Positions 11,155 through 23,875 of a DNA stretch of 64,000 bases are shown piece after piece. The stretch spans positions 50,158,001-50,222,000 of the forward strand of contig CM060734.1 of assembly GCA_030704615.1 (NCBI GenBank), in the 5' to 3' direction. The DNA is from Takakia lepidozioides (Eukaryota; Plantae; Bryophyta). The notes beneath the pieces are model-generated. The model ran no database searches. It saw nothing but the letters and a program-made list of their open reading frames with translations, and was not told the origin of the DNA. How positions within the stretch are numbered: position 1 is the stretch's first letter; the number at the start of each line of letters is the position of its first letter. Made by a program: the position numbers and the translations under genes.

Positions 11155-12580
11155 TCAAACCAGGCTGTGACGTTTCACAAAGCAGGTCCCCAAACAGATG
11201 CTAACATCTCCACACAAGGCACAAAAAAACCTTTGTCGGGCACCACACTCGACACACTTCCTTCTCCTAGCACTTTTTTGGGAGAAGTGAAGTGCTCCCG
11301 GGTTTGGAACAGAAGCCCCTTCCAAGACGGTTCTCATGGGAGCAACCCACCCGACAATCAACCCATTGGCCACTTGAATGTTGAAGAGCATATGAGACCG
11401 CGGCTTCCTGTCCTTCTCTTTCATCCAAGCCAGATACAACAAATAAGAATTCACCAGCGATGTGTCAATGCTATGAAAGAACAAGCGGTGCCACCACTTG
11501 TGATCACGCGTTTGCACATTGTAGTAGCCCCTCAATTGATCCTGCACATCAACCCCCCTCATGTGTTCTTGATAGTGCTTCACAATGGGGGAAGTGGGGA
11601 CCATGCGGCGAGCACCGTTGTGCCACCGCTCAATGAAGCAATCTGCCCCCACATGGCTGCAAGCAGTGCTCAACAATGTGACTGGCTTGTTGTCAAACCA
11701 AGACAGTGCCACCAATTTGTTAGATCTATGCATGCGGTACTGCATAGTGCCTCTCTCTCCTCTCTTTCCAAAATCAAGACATGAAGGGAATCCCACCCGA
11801 GTTGTCTTCACAGTACCAGTAGCATAGATATTTTGGACAGCCAAGTCATAGAAAAGAATAGGACTAGTAAAGAAATTATCCATGGTCACTATGTGTCATT
11901 TCCCCTCAAAACCAGCCAGCAATTTGGTTACAACAGAATATCCCTGCCCGTGTGTCAAATCAATTGCATTATCACGGCCAAGATACACCTCCATCTTGTG
12001 AACATATCGGCTTTTGGCACCAGCCAAGCACCACCACTTTATACCCCATTTCACTGGTTTTTTGCTCATATATTGCTGCAGGTTAGAGTACTTACCTTTG
12101 TACTTCACCATCATCTCATCCACACACAGGTTTTGATCGGGTTGCCAGTAGCGAGCATACAAGTCATTTTGCTGGTCTACCAACCAACGGGTCTTTGCAA
12201 TTTTATCATAAGCAGGGGCTGATTTATCCACCTCCACTAACCGGTTGTCCACTAGGTGCAAACACCTCAAAATTGCTTCCCATCTATTGCGACTCATGAT
12301 GCGCATAATGGAAGGACACTTGAAGAACTCATTATTACCTTTCCAGTAACATCTTGTGTTGGCCAATCTCTTGATTCCCATGAGAATATGAACTCCCAAC
12401 CACCCCTTCAATTCCACAACACTCACAGGATACCATCACTCTCCCCCCTTCATTTGCCCCCTTCTATATAAGGTCTGGGCATACAGGTTTGTCATTCTGC
12501 AGATTTTTCGCATCACAGGTGCCGGCCAGAACAAATTGAAAAAATCTACAGGGAGAGCACTTTCATCCAAAGGCACTTAG
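11155..12580 (-). pseudogene. piggyBac (PGBD-type) transposase with premature stops and frameshifts
   Basis: PVDFFNLFW..TNLYAQ; W.PVSVVELKGWLG; MSRNRWEAILRCLH; catalytic LCVDEMM, MDNFFTS and MRGVDVQDQ; KWWHRLFF; C-terminal Cys-rich CVEC..CALC..C..C..H. In-frame TGA at 11896-11898. Confidence 0.92.
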
Positions 12581-13979
12581 GACCCGTCTCCCCCCCACTC
12601 CACGTTACCATAACCAAATTCTTGGACGTTGGAAGAAGAAGCCATGTTAGGCAGGTACAAATGGTTCATTGCAACCTTTACAGTGGATCCCAACACCCCT
12701 AGATCTTCCCAAGATTGGCTATGACCTGCAACATCTCTAGCAACTTGAGAACTACGCAGAGAATATGCAAGATCCGAATCAAAACCAGAAATTGAACTCG
12801 CAATGTCATCAAGTCTCGCATACCCATAATCGTTCTTACCTCTGGACCTTGCTACTGCCTTCAGTCTCATCGTTGGTGGCAGATGAGGATCCATCAAAAT
12901 CAGGCCACACAGATAGCCTCAAACACTCATTTACCTCAGGAGAAAAGCCATGTGGATCACCTTCATGTTTACGATCAACCCACCCGAGAATCTCCGCAGC
13001 CTGACGACAAAATATGTACCGAAAATTGGTTGGTTTTGGAAATGCGGGCCACTTCACCCGCTTTGGGCCTCTTCAAGCACGTAAGATAATCCTCATTCAA
13101 ATACCCAATCAATTGGGCGACTTGCTCTGGAGAGGCGCCCAAAGCGCGAGCCCAATTGCCAATAACAAGAGACTCTTCTAGCAAATGCGCAGGAGCTGCT
13201 GGAGGCATGTCTGCAGAACCCATGTTTCCTCTCCTATACAGTCACCAGTAACGGGCCTTCTTTCTCCTTCAATGACAACAGGGAATCTTGGCAACTTGTC
13301 TCCCTAAGTTCCTCTGCCTGCAAGCCTACAGGAATGAAGCAAAGCCTTCAATGCAAGAAGAAGCTCGAATCTACAACATACATGAAGAAACAAAGCTTGA
13401 TGACAGGCAATAGAAGAGAGGTGTCATACCAGCCGCAATGAGCCAACAACGCCTTGAATGCTAAGAGCTTCCTGATGCAGCGACGGCGGAAGCTTCAGTT
13501 ATAGAAGGAGACAAGAGCAAGGAAACGCAACGGCAACCTGCAAGGAATCCAAACGACCACCTGCAAGCACCCTCCAACTCGCGCGAGGAACTCAGAAAGC
13601 GCGGGACCCAAAGCACAGTGTTTGGGAGAGAGAAGCAAAATGGCGGGAGCTGACCCCCCGCCACTCTCGCAGCAATTCCGGAACCCTAACCTTGATCAGG
13701 GAAAATCACCCAACGGTTCAGATTAGCCCAGGTGGCTAGGCATAACATATCCAAAACTCAAAAAAATTGGCTAAGATCTTGTGAAGTTATTGCAAATTTC
13801 CTGATTTCAAAGGCCCAAAACGGGCTACTGGGCGTTTAAGGGTTAAGGGGCCTCTCATTTTATGATGTTAGGGTAATGAATGCACCTATGGGCCTCGCCA
13901 GTACCCCCCATGGGATAAGCCCACAGCCCATTCAGGGGTCGGCCAAATTCGGAATTTTTTCTAAGTCCTTGTTCATGTA

Positions 13980-14110
13980 GCACGGCGGACCTTCTAACGG
14001 ACTCGGCAGACCCTCCAACAGACCGACGCCAACCTTTGGGCAGACTGGCACAGCCTCTGGCAGCCAGCAGACCTTCTAGCGGACTCCGCAGACCCTCCAA
14101 CAGACCACCA
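13980..14110. repeat. Short tandem duplication with CAGACCCTCCAACAGACC units
   Basis: GACCTTCTA.CGGACTC.GCAGACCCTCCAACAGACC occurs at ~13988 and ~14070. Confidence 0.7.
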
Positions 14111-14629
14111 CACTACCCACCATTTTCTACATACTTTTGATATGTGCATATTGTGGGCCCAGTAGAGTGGCTTATGTGTATTGTGGGCCCCAGCAGACTT
14201 GTTTTTCTTCAATTTTACTTTTGAGGGGGAAGGATTTCTTGGATGGAAATTCCCTTCTTCCAAAATCGTTCTGCTCATTTTGGAGGCTGTTTCTGAGGTC
14301 AGATTGGCCTGCTCTAAGAGGAGCTCACCTATTTTGCCAAAACATGCCCATACCCCATATGTAGCCCGTGGTATTGGGGGACCACGTCTTACCATCCGTA
14401 TCCAGCCAGACTCCCCCAATTTGCAGTAATATTCTAATTCTAGTCCTATTATGGTAATTTATAATTTAGATACTTATATGAAAGGCTCCCGGATCACGGG
14501 AAGATAATAGGAATAATGTAAGAACTTAATGCACACGTGCAACCTCTGACAGGATGGTACGCCGGTTTCTGGCATGTCAAATCTTCCCCACTCTCTCTTG
14601 AGAGTGACATGGACCTGAAGGAGTGTCAA

Positions 14630-14846
14630 CTCCACTTGGGGTTACACTGGGTTACACGACGAGGTGTGTAACTCCACTCGGGGTTACACAGTATGGAGTG
14701 TACCTCCAGTCGGTGTAACCCACACGTGGTCTCGAAATTTGACTAAGTCCAAATGTGGCTAAGTATAAAATGGACTTACTAGAGTTACATGAGAAACCGG
14801 GGTTACAAAGGGTTACACCGGGTTACATCGACTGGGGATTACACTG
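14630..14846. repeat. GGGTTACAC repeat cluster with an internal inverted repeat; probable MITE remnant
   Basis: Multiple GGTTACA/TGTAACC motifs. CTCCAGTCGGTGTAACCC (~14704) pairs with GGGTTACATCGACTGGGG (~14820). Confidence 0.5.
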
Positions 14847-16295
14847 CAAGAGCCTCCCATCAGAAACCGAGCCCTAATCCTCTCCGCCTCCAACGCTGTC
14901 ACCTTACCATGAGACTATCCACCAGTGCTTGAAACCCACCTGGATTCTTAAGTATTTAATAGTGAAACGAGGTAAGATGGGGTCAGAATGATTTGATAGG
15001 GCCCACGCCGGAGGAGCCCAGGCTGCAGCGATCCGGCGAAAGTACCGTCAGATCGAACGTGTCCATTGAGTTCTTACATTATTCCTATTATCTTCCATCG
15101 GGGAGCAACCACAAAAGGTCGGAGGACCAATCCCAGAATACATCTTTAAAATTCAACCCCATACAATGCATTTGTATTACACCCCAGCCTCCTTTGACCA
15201 AGTGCCAAGTGACTCTTCCAAACTATGAGAACTTGGGCTTGTTAGAATAAGAATGTGGCAGGTATGTTAGGTTGCCTCCAACTGAAAGTTGTGACTAGGC
15301 CATTGCGGACATATAATATGAAAGCATGGCACGGATTAAGAGGGATGTGAAACTGCTCATTGAAGGCTTGTGATGTATCTATAATTCTGGTTATGGGGAG
15401 GCCCATATAAGTGGGAGTCAGTGGCTACATTTGAAGTGAGGAACTGTATATAAGTTATGGAAGTTAAAATAGTTTGTTATGCACTTTTATGAAGAAAGAG
15501 AGCGATATTTTTGCCGAAGCGAAAAAAGGAATTTTATCAAAACAGACTGAAAATTGGAGCCTCAAAAATCATTTTACCCTTCAAATGAGGGCAATCTGTC
15601 TGCAAGCAAGAAAAACTCTCTGCAACTCAGAGAGACACTTTTGTTTCCACAATCTAATGGATAACAAATCTCGTAATCTGTAGCAATTAATGAGAAGCTC
15701 AATAAAGCTAAAGGTTGAATGTTGAAAAATGAATGTTGAAAAAGAGTGCGCATGGGAGTACCATCTATATGTGGAGTACCATCTATCTGTGTCGTGCACC
15801 GAAGCCCACGTAAGTTACAGCATAGTTTTGCCTCATCAACAGCTTCCTGCAGGCGTTTTGCAGTAAAAGTTGGTCTTGGTCTTGGACTGTAGTCTAAAGT
15901 GGCCCTTAGGGTTCGATATGTTGAGTCTAAATGGGTACCATAGGACTTGATCAGCCGAATAATGAAAAACTGAAGACAAGATTAATTTTTCAATGACATT
16001 GTTCGAAAAAATTCACAGCACAGCTCATCATCTGGGTTTTGGTTCCTTGTGGGCTTTGCAATCATGATTACTGCAGTATTCGCCTGCACTGTAGAGGGTA
16101 CAATTATTCCCTGAAAATGGCCTTGGGGCTGTTTTCAGGCTGACAGAGAGCTGAAAGATCCCCCAACTTATGCAGCATTGATAGCTTTGGTGATGTACAG
16201 TGCCTGTAGTCATCATTTCTGAAATGACATGGAAACTTATTGAAATCTGGGTCTGATTAGTGGTGGTCCAGACGCCCTCCCTTCTCAGTTGGGAG

Positions 16296-18545
16296 TTACA
16301 TTTTAACCTTCTGTGTAACAGTTCCATCCTCCAAAGTCACCCAAGTTGTGATTTGAAATGGGTTTTCAGTAAGCTCGATAATTCGCCCTCCACGTATCCA
16401 TGAACCATAGCCCCCATAGCCAGTGTGGCGACAGAAACAAAGCCATAGGCTTTTGTATGGGCAACACCAGTCGAGTCCATGGTTGTGACCCACAAACACA
16501 GCCTGTATGTCACTTTTTACTGTAGTTTAGTCGCCAACCATCCCAGGGCAATGCAAGGGGTTCAAGATTACCACCTCACATTGTTCCAGTTTCTTGAACA
16601 CTTGACCAACGACACATACAAATCCACGAATAAGTGCTGTGTGGGATAACACTGAGGCAGCAAGCAATATATTGGCACATACCCTACCTGCTTCTGAATC
16701 CCAGCTAACACAAGGGAGCATTTCACCAATGGCATTGCCAGCAGTAATAAACAACAACTCTTTACATGAAATGAGGCAAGATTGAAACAGAAAAGGAGAA
16801 CAAAGAGAAGGAGAAAATGGTTAAGAAAAGGCTGCAGCCTCACCCTGATAGAGGTCCTGTTTGACAAAATATCCATAATTCCCCACTCAGCTTGCTGGGT
16901 GGCAACGCCTTCATAATTGATAGACCCAAAACACGGAGGCTGAATGGTTTGAGTAGCAATTGGGCCAACTTGTGAATATGCAATGCTCGGTATATGCCAA
17001 AAGACTATCTCCGGAATGCTGCACCCCAAAACAGTACAACCAAGGGAGAATGCTACATATAAGTTGAGTTTTTCACTTCCAAGTGCGATATCAAAAGAGA
17101 TTTAACAAGACATGGCTTCTTTCCTTTGTTTTGTGGTGTGTCCTTTTGCTCACATCTTTGTCTGGGAGATGGCCTGAGAATGATAGGCACAATGATCTTA
17201 TCAGACATAGTTGGCCCAAGCCTTGTTACAAGACTGAGGGAAAAGGGCGGAAATAGTAACTGGAAAACAAAGTGAGAAACTTGGGGAAAGATGGATCTTA
17301 CAGTGTCATAAATAACCCATAGAAGACAGAGAGCTTAAAACAAACAAAACAAATTTCCTGGGAAATAAAACTGTGATTATTCCCAAAGCACCCAACAATC
17401 TTACCTGTTGTCAGGGTTTAGCTCAGAGGCCAGTTTCTCGAACCAAGCAGCTTGAGCTGCAGAGATTTCTTCTGGATATGATCCACCGCCGGAATCCAAA
17501 AAATACAGGATAGTAGCAGGGGCCCCTGATGTAGAAGAAAGGATAGGTATAGCATAGTTGGAGAGGCTGGGCCATAACGTCTGCGGTCCTTGCTGGGTAT
17601 ATGAATTCCCTGCATTGATGTCGAACGCTAAAAGCTCTGCCCGTGTTGTCCCTTGGAAGTATACGTCTGTTGTGCCAGCACCTGCTGCAATGCCAATCCC
17701 AAGTTATCTTGGCCCATGTTTTTTAGTCTGTTTCGTAGTCTGTACCTAGGACTGAAATCTATAGAGTCTTCTCGTTCTCTTTGCTTTTGCTCTCCCACAC
17801 TCCTTCCCGTTGGAAGACACCGAAACCCAAAACACCCAGACAGACATGTATTAAGGAACTCTCATTTGAACAGGAAAGATAGCAATTGTCCCATTCTCTT
17901 GACAAGAAAGATTGAAGTGAATTGCAACGTCAAACACAATCACAAGATCCTGGAAGGAAATACATGTGGTTTCTGTACCTGCCAATGGGGGTAGCCCTGA
18001 TGGGCCAAACCAGTCCAGATCCCATACAAATGCTGCATCATCATGGTTACCAAGCACAGAAGCCCATGGAATATTGCGTGTCACTGTGGGACCGACTGCC
18101 TGCTGCCAGTACTGTGTCGCATTATGGGATAGCAAATTGTTTGCAGTCAGGACATCTCCATTAAAAACAACAAAATCTGCATGGTGCACTCACGGACACT
18201 GTTACAACAACATTGCCTGCCCACTTGACTGTTTGCAGAAATATGAGATTACTGTCTCAGTTTGTCTTTACTTTGTCTTTGCAGAAAAAGCTTGCCACTT
18301 GTGGGTCACAGGGCATAGAGAGGGAGACACAGAGAACGAGAGATGTGTTTTAGTTTGTACTTGTTAGGGCTTCATGGCCATAGACCCCGACCTCTTGGAC
18401 AGCACTTAAAGAAGATGGGGAGGAGGATCGAGGGCGGGGAAAAACACCACATTGAATGCTCAAAGATACATCGTGGAATCCTATTGTTTTCCAACGATCG
18501 TGTGCTTGGTTCAAAAATTCGCTGCAGAGTTCATTGAGGAGAACA

Positions 18546-18580
<35 letters not shown>

Positions 18581-18866
18581 TACCAGGAGTTTCCCGATCA
18601 AGCAGATTCGACATGACAACACTGGACTTAAGGTCTTGCGCAGGGCCCCAGGTATCCCATGCATTTTCTCCATAATGCAAGTCCGCAAATACAGCTATCT
18701 TAAAAGTGGTATTGAACCTGATTTCAGCCCTTGTACCCATCAAAAGCTCCCCCGAGGTTTTCCTGCCGTCTACCTCCTGCGTCCCATCTTCTTCTGGCAC
18801 ATCCATGGCAGCTGCCAAACTGAGAACTATCAAACACAAGCCGGATATGAAAATTGCGCGCGCCAT
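16296..18866 (-). CDS. PAP16: PAP16-like purple acid phosphatase / calcineurin-like metallophosphoesterase (exons ~18866-18584, 18176-17979, ~17684-17405, ~17019-16843, 16502-16296)
   Basis: Signal peptide, [82 protein letters not shown] introns are in compatible phases. Confidence 0.92.
18549..18577 (+). repeat. (GA)n microsatellite in PAP16 intron 1
   Basis: Pure AG run. Confidence 0.95.
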
Positions 18867-20622
18867 TGATCGCTTCAGAGCGAAGAACAGAGACTGTCCT
18901 GGTAAGATTAGAGATTTTTTGATGAAGCAGTAAAATCTGATCCAAAGTTGCTACATACTGATTCACAAGCACACACTCCGCTGAACAAAAACATTCCCAC
19001 AGAAATTAAGAGTATTCAGATGCACCCAAGAAGGAAGAGTGCATTCATACTCACAGGACGCATCGCCAGCATATTCGGTAATCTAAACCGGAATAAACTG
19101 CCGGCCTTCCATTATTGCGTTTCTTTTGCATGAGTGGGCACTTTGAAGTTTACACGACGACTTACGAATAGGTTGAGCGTTGCTCTAGTGGAGCATGCTG
19201 CGACATGACGCAAACCTCTACTGCTCTTGAGATTGCCCAATTGACACCTGAAGGCAACGCGGGCGTGTTGACTGTTGACTACCGACATGGGCGGGTCGTA
19301 CATTGGGAATTACTCCAAGGTCAGAAGTTGCTTGCCAACCCCGTTTCATTGGCATTCACAGATGCTCGAAGTATTCCCAGAAAAATGGCGTGGTCCCAGA
19401 ATTCGTGATCAAGGTTGCGATGTCTTCCGCTGCCCTTGTTTCATGTCATCAAGCTCAATTTGTCGAAACTCTCAAGCTGGATAAAACTGATTTGTCCAGC
19501 AGGGCCTCGTCGTTTTTATGCATAGCCGGGATGTATCTATTTACGTCTCTTGGAATTCTATCAAGGAAACAATGACATCATCTCATTCCCTTACAAATGA
19601 TGCCCGAGTCGGGAAATTGAGGAGACAAATCTTAGATTGAGGAGACAGTGACAGCCCAAACTCAGACAGGCAATTCCATCAAGCACTCACGGGAGTCACT
19701 TTCAGTAAAGTGGTGATCACCGTTTCTATATCCTCTCCGAGAATGAGATTTGCAACTGGTTAATGCACGCTTGCTGGTCCTCAGCTTATTTCTTTTCGGA
19801 ACTCAGACCCTTCCCTGCAACTTCTATGAGAGTTTACACTTTGCTTGCAATCTATGGTGAGGACTTTCAGATTGCGCCCTAACGAAATTTTTTGTGGACA
19901 TGGGCCTGCAACCTTGGAGATCCCACAAAGCTAATGATCCATTCCTTCCGTGGACTGACGATGAGATGTAGTAGAGTGAAGAGATGAAGTCGATACAAGC
20001 AGTACCATGCAAAATCGCATTCCGAGAACAAAGTCCACGTTTGTACGACGGTCTTCACAGATATAAAACTCCATTATGTCATGTTCCTCGCCACAATGCA
20101 TATTGATCCTTGATACTCTCATTTCCGGAGGAATCCATAATTTGTTGGATTGTTGTGGAGATTGCCCGACTCTATTTCTAGAGTGGAAGTGATTTTCACT
20201 AGTGATGATTGTCAGTCGCCGCTGAATATCACAACATGTGAATTGAATTGAAGCGTCGTGCAAGCTGAAACACTAGGACTGGGAGCTGGATTGGAGTACT
20301 TGGACTGGGAACAAAAGTAACTTGAACTTGTGTTTACGAGACCGAAGAGTGTTCGGTCTCCCCTCCTATACTACATAGCTACGAAGAAGCTTCGGATTCT
20401 CGACGGAGAAGTTTGCTAGATTAAACAATGTTTCTTGATGGAGAAGTTTCTTTAAACAAAGTGAATATATTGATGGAGGAGTTCTTAAAAAGAAAGCTTC
20501 GTGAATTTTTTTCCAAGTTATTCTTCATAATTTGATAATTCTCGGTAAATTATAGCAATTTTTGGTAATTTGGTAATTTCTGGTATTTATTTCTGATAAG
20601 TTCCTCTGGGCTATGTCCCTGA

Positions 20623-21202
20623 TGTCACTCCTCCTCTAGCGCCGCGTTTATCGTGGAGCGGTAAAATCTTGGACTTACTTAGAGTTGGAGAAAATCCAAA
20701 ATCCGACGAATGGTACTTAACAAATATTTGGCTCTTCGTTCTTAACTCAAATGATTTATAGGCCCCTGCAACCATCGATAGTGTCCAACACCTTGAACCA
20801 CGCAGTGATTTGAGAATTCTGATTTTCACAGCTGCCTTCGAACATGATTTCGTTGTCCTATGGGTCCAAAGCTTCAACCTCCAATAGAATTGCAGACTTC
20901 GAGTAGGCTCAACTTGTCGTCATACGGGGTCCAGACGAGGAAGTACGCGTCGCATTGGTGGCCCATCGTCTCGATAGCGTCGGCATGATGTTGAAGGTCG
21001 TGAGAGTCGAAACGGCTGATCTGGTAGTTGGCTAAGCCACAGCTCCAATGTGTCTAGTTCCTGTGACTTCATGTTGCCAATACAAGATGCAAAAGTGTTG
21101 GAAGTGTAGTTATATATATTGATGTGTGGTGCTCATCCCTCCTTAGCGTGTATCAGGTACATTGAATGTGGAGTCTTCACCTTGAAGCTAACTTGGCTGA
21201 CA
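20623..21202 (-). repeat. Probable 3' LTR of the minus-strand chromovirus
   Basis: TGTCA...TGACA termini directly after the chromodomain end. The polypurine tract is not intact. Confidence 0.5.
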
Positions 21203-23169
21203 TCATCGTTGTGACGTCTTATTGACGTGTAGCTCGGGGCTTAACTCAATATCGTTGATGAAACTTTTGAACTTTGTCAGATACATTGACGAGGTTGGAT
21301 GAAGCTTCACATGTTCATTCGCTGATGCCGTAGCTTTTCCAATGTATGAAATAATCAAGACATTTATATTTGATGCGAGAGTCTAGGACTTCGTCGACTT
21401 CATACTCAATTTCTTGATTGACTTCGATTGGTGGAGGTAGTACGGAGACTCTCCCTAGAATATTCAATGGATGATACAACTCCAATAATGAAACATGAAA
21501 TAATGGATGGATGTGCATAATTCGTGGGAGTTCAAGCCGAAAACTGACCGGATTTATTTGTCGAATAATTTTGAATGGTCCCAAATGTTGATAGTTCAAC
21601 TTCCTTGATGGTCGCGAGGTTTGTATGTCCCGTCGAAGAAGCCACACACGATCTCCGACCTTGAACTGGGGTTGGAGTTGGCGATGTTGATCTACATACT
21701 CCTTGTATTGTTTTTGAGCTTCTGCGAGGTGGAATGTAAGCTCATTGTGAATCGTAGCAAGATGAGTAGCAAGGTTCTCTACTGCAGGGCTTCCAACAGT
21801 CTTAATGTGGAAATGGTTTGCTCAAGGATGATGACCATAATTGGAGAAAAATGAAGTTTGTTTGGTCGAAGAATGTATAGTGTTGTTGTAGGCAAACTCA
21901 GCCAATGACAGAAAGTCCGTCCAATTATCTTGGTGATAATTTATCGTACAGCGAAGAGACTGCTCCAAAATCTGGTTTACGCGTTCGGTTTGACCATCAG
22001 TCTGTGGATGATTAACTGTAGAGAGGTTGATCTTAGTATCCAATATTTGAAATAATCTCTTCCAGAAATTGGATATGAACAGTGGTCCTCGATCAGATAC
22101 GATGTTCTTCGGGAATCCATGAATGCGGTAGATATTATTGACGAAGAGTCTTGCAGTTTCCTCGCCGGTAATCGTCTTATTACATGGAATGAAATATGTC
22201 ATCTTTGTAAAACGATCTACAATAACAAGGATTGAATCGGTGGTCTTGGAAATTGGAAGGTTCATAATAAAGTCCATAGACATGGACGACCATGGACCCT
22301 TGGGAATGGGTAATGGTTAAAGAAGGTCGTAAAGTCGATGTCGTGGTCCCTTCACTCTAGCGTATGTGTCGCAAGATTTTATAAATTCCTTCACGAGTTT
22401 ACACATCTACGGCCACCAATAGTTCCTGGATATCAATTCCATTGTTTTGTTAAAGCCAAAATATCCTACAGCCGGAAGATCATGACATGTTTGAAGAATT
22501 CGAAGTCATGTAGGTCTTGGAGATACATAGAGAAGTCATTTGAAATAAAATAAGTCATATTTGAATTCGAAGTTGTTTGTAACATGTGGGTTGTCTCGAG
22601 GTCGATTTAGTTGACTTTGTAGTGTCGTAGCAAATTGATCGCTTCAATGCTTCCTGAATCTCTTTTATGATCTATGCATCGTCATAGGTGGACATGGATA
22701 GCATATTCAATTGGAGATTTGTTGATTTCAAGACGATTGATTTCTGTTGGTCAAAAATTGTCTCCCCTTTTTTCGGCGCAAGATACGATCGTCGAGAAAG
22801 AGCATCAGGTTTCCCTTGAAGGTATCCGGGGCGATAGACAATAACAAAATCAAACCTTGCTAGTGACATACCCCATATGGCTTGACGTCGATTCAAAATA
22901 CGAGCACTCATAAAATATTCGAGGTTTTTGTAATCGGTGTAGATAGTGACCTGATGTTTAGCTCCCTCCAATAGATGATGTTACTCCTCAAAAGCATCGA
23001 TGATCGCTAGAAGTTCTTTGACATGGATTTCATAATTGATCTCTGCAACGAAAAATTTGCGAGAACGAAAACCAACAGGGTGAAGTCGACCATCTGTACC
23101 GTATTAAAAGAGTATAGCGTCAAGTGCAAAGTCCGATGTATCTGCTTCCAAGAAGAATGGTTTCGATAG

Positions 23170-23875
23170 GTAGACTATCGCGGTCTCAACAAAGTCACAA
23201 TTAAGAATCGTTATCCGTTGCTGCTGATTTATGGGCTTCTCGATCAGCTGGGACGAGCGAAGATTTTTACCAAAATTGACTTGAGATGAGCTTATAATCT
23301 TGTACGGATAAAAGAAAAAGACAAATAGAAAACAACTTTTCGAACAAGGTATGGACATTTTGAATACAGTGTTATGTCTTTCGGTCTTACAAATGCTCCA
23401 GCAATTTTCCAACATATGATGAATGATATATTTCGAGAATTTTTAGATGACTTTGTACTCATCTATTTGGACGACATTTTGATATTTTCACATAATGAAG
23501 AAGAGCATGGCTGCCATATACGCATTGTCCTTGATAATTTAAGATAAAGATGACTATATGCCAAATTGAAAAAAATGTATTTTCCATCAATCTCAAGTCG
23601 AATTTTTGGGCTACATTATTTCCGACAAAGATGTATTTATGGATCAGAAGAAAATACAAATCATCATCGAGTGGATTAAACCAACTTTGGTCCGAGATGT
23701 ACAATGTTTTCTGGGATTTGCAAATTTCTACAGAATCTTCATCAAGGACTACTCCAAAATTGCTGCACCATGGACACGACTCACATGGAAGGATAAATTT
23801 GTAGGGGACGAGAAGGCTGACCAGACATTTGAAAAGCTGAAGTAGACATTTACAACGGCTCCAATACTTGTACAC
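23170..23875 (+). other. Inverted reverse-transcriptase core inside chromovirus copy 1
   Basis: Plus-strand [41 protein letters not shown] exactly fills the gap between minus-strand LRMC and SKPFFLEAD. Confidence 0.9.

Larger units (their letters stand above)
10684..13842 (-). mobile_element. Full-length piggyBac-superfamily DNA transposon (decayed)
   Basis: Ends are TAAA|CCCCTAAG... and ...GTTTAAGGG|TTAA (CCC/GGG termini with TTAA-type target site). Internal DDD transposase. Confidence 0.8.

Noticed and set aside
11896-11898. TGA as programmed read-through or selenocysteine in the transposase
   Set aside because: Further stops and frameshifts at 12430-12580 indicate ordinary decay.
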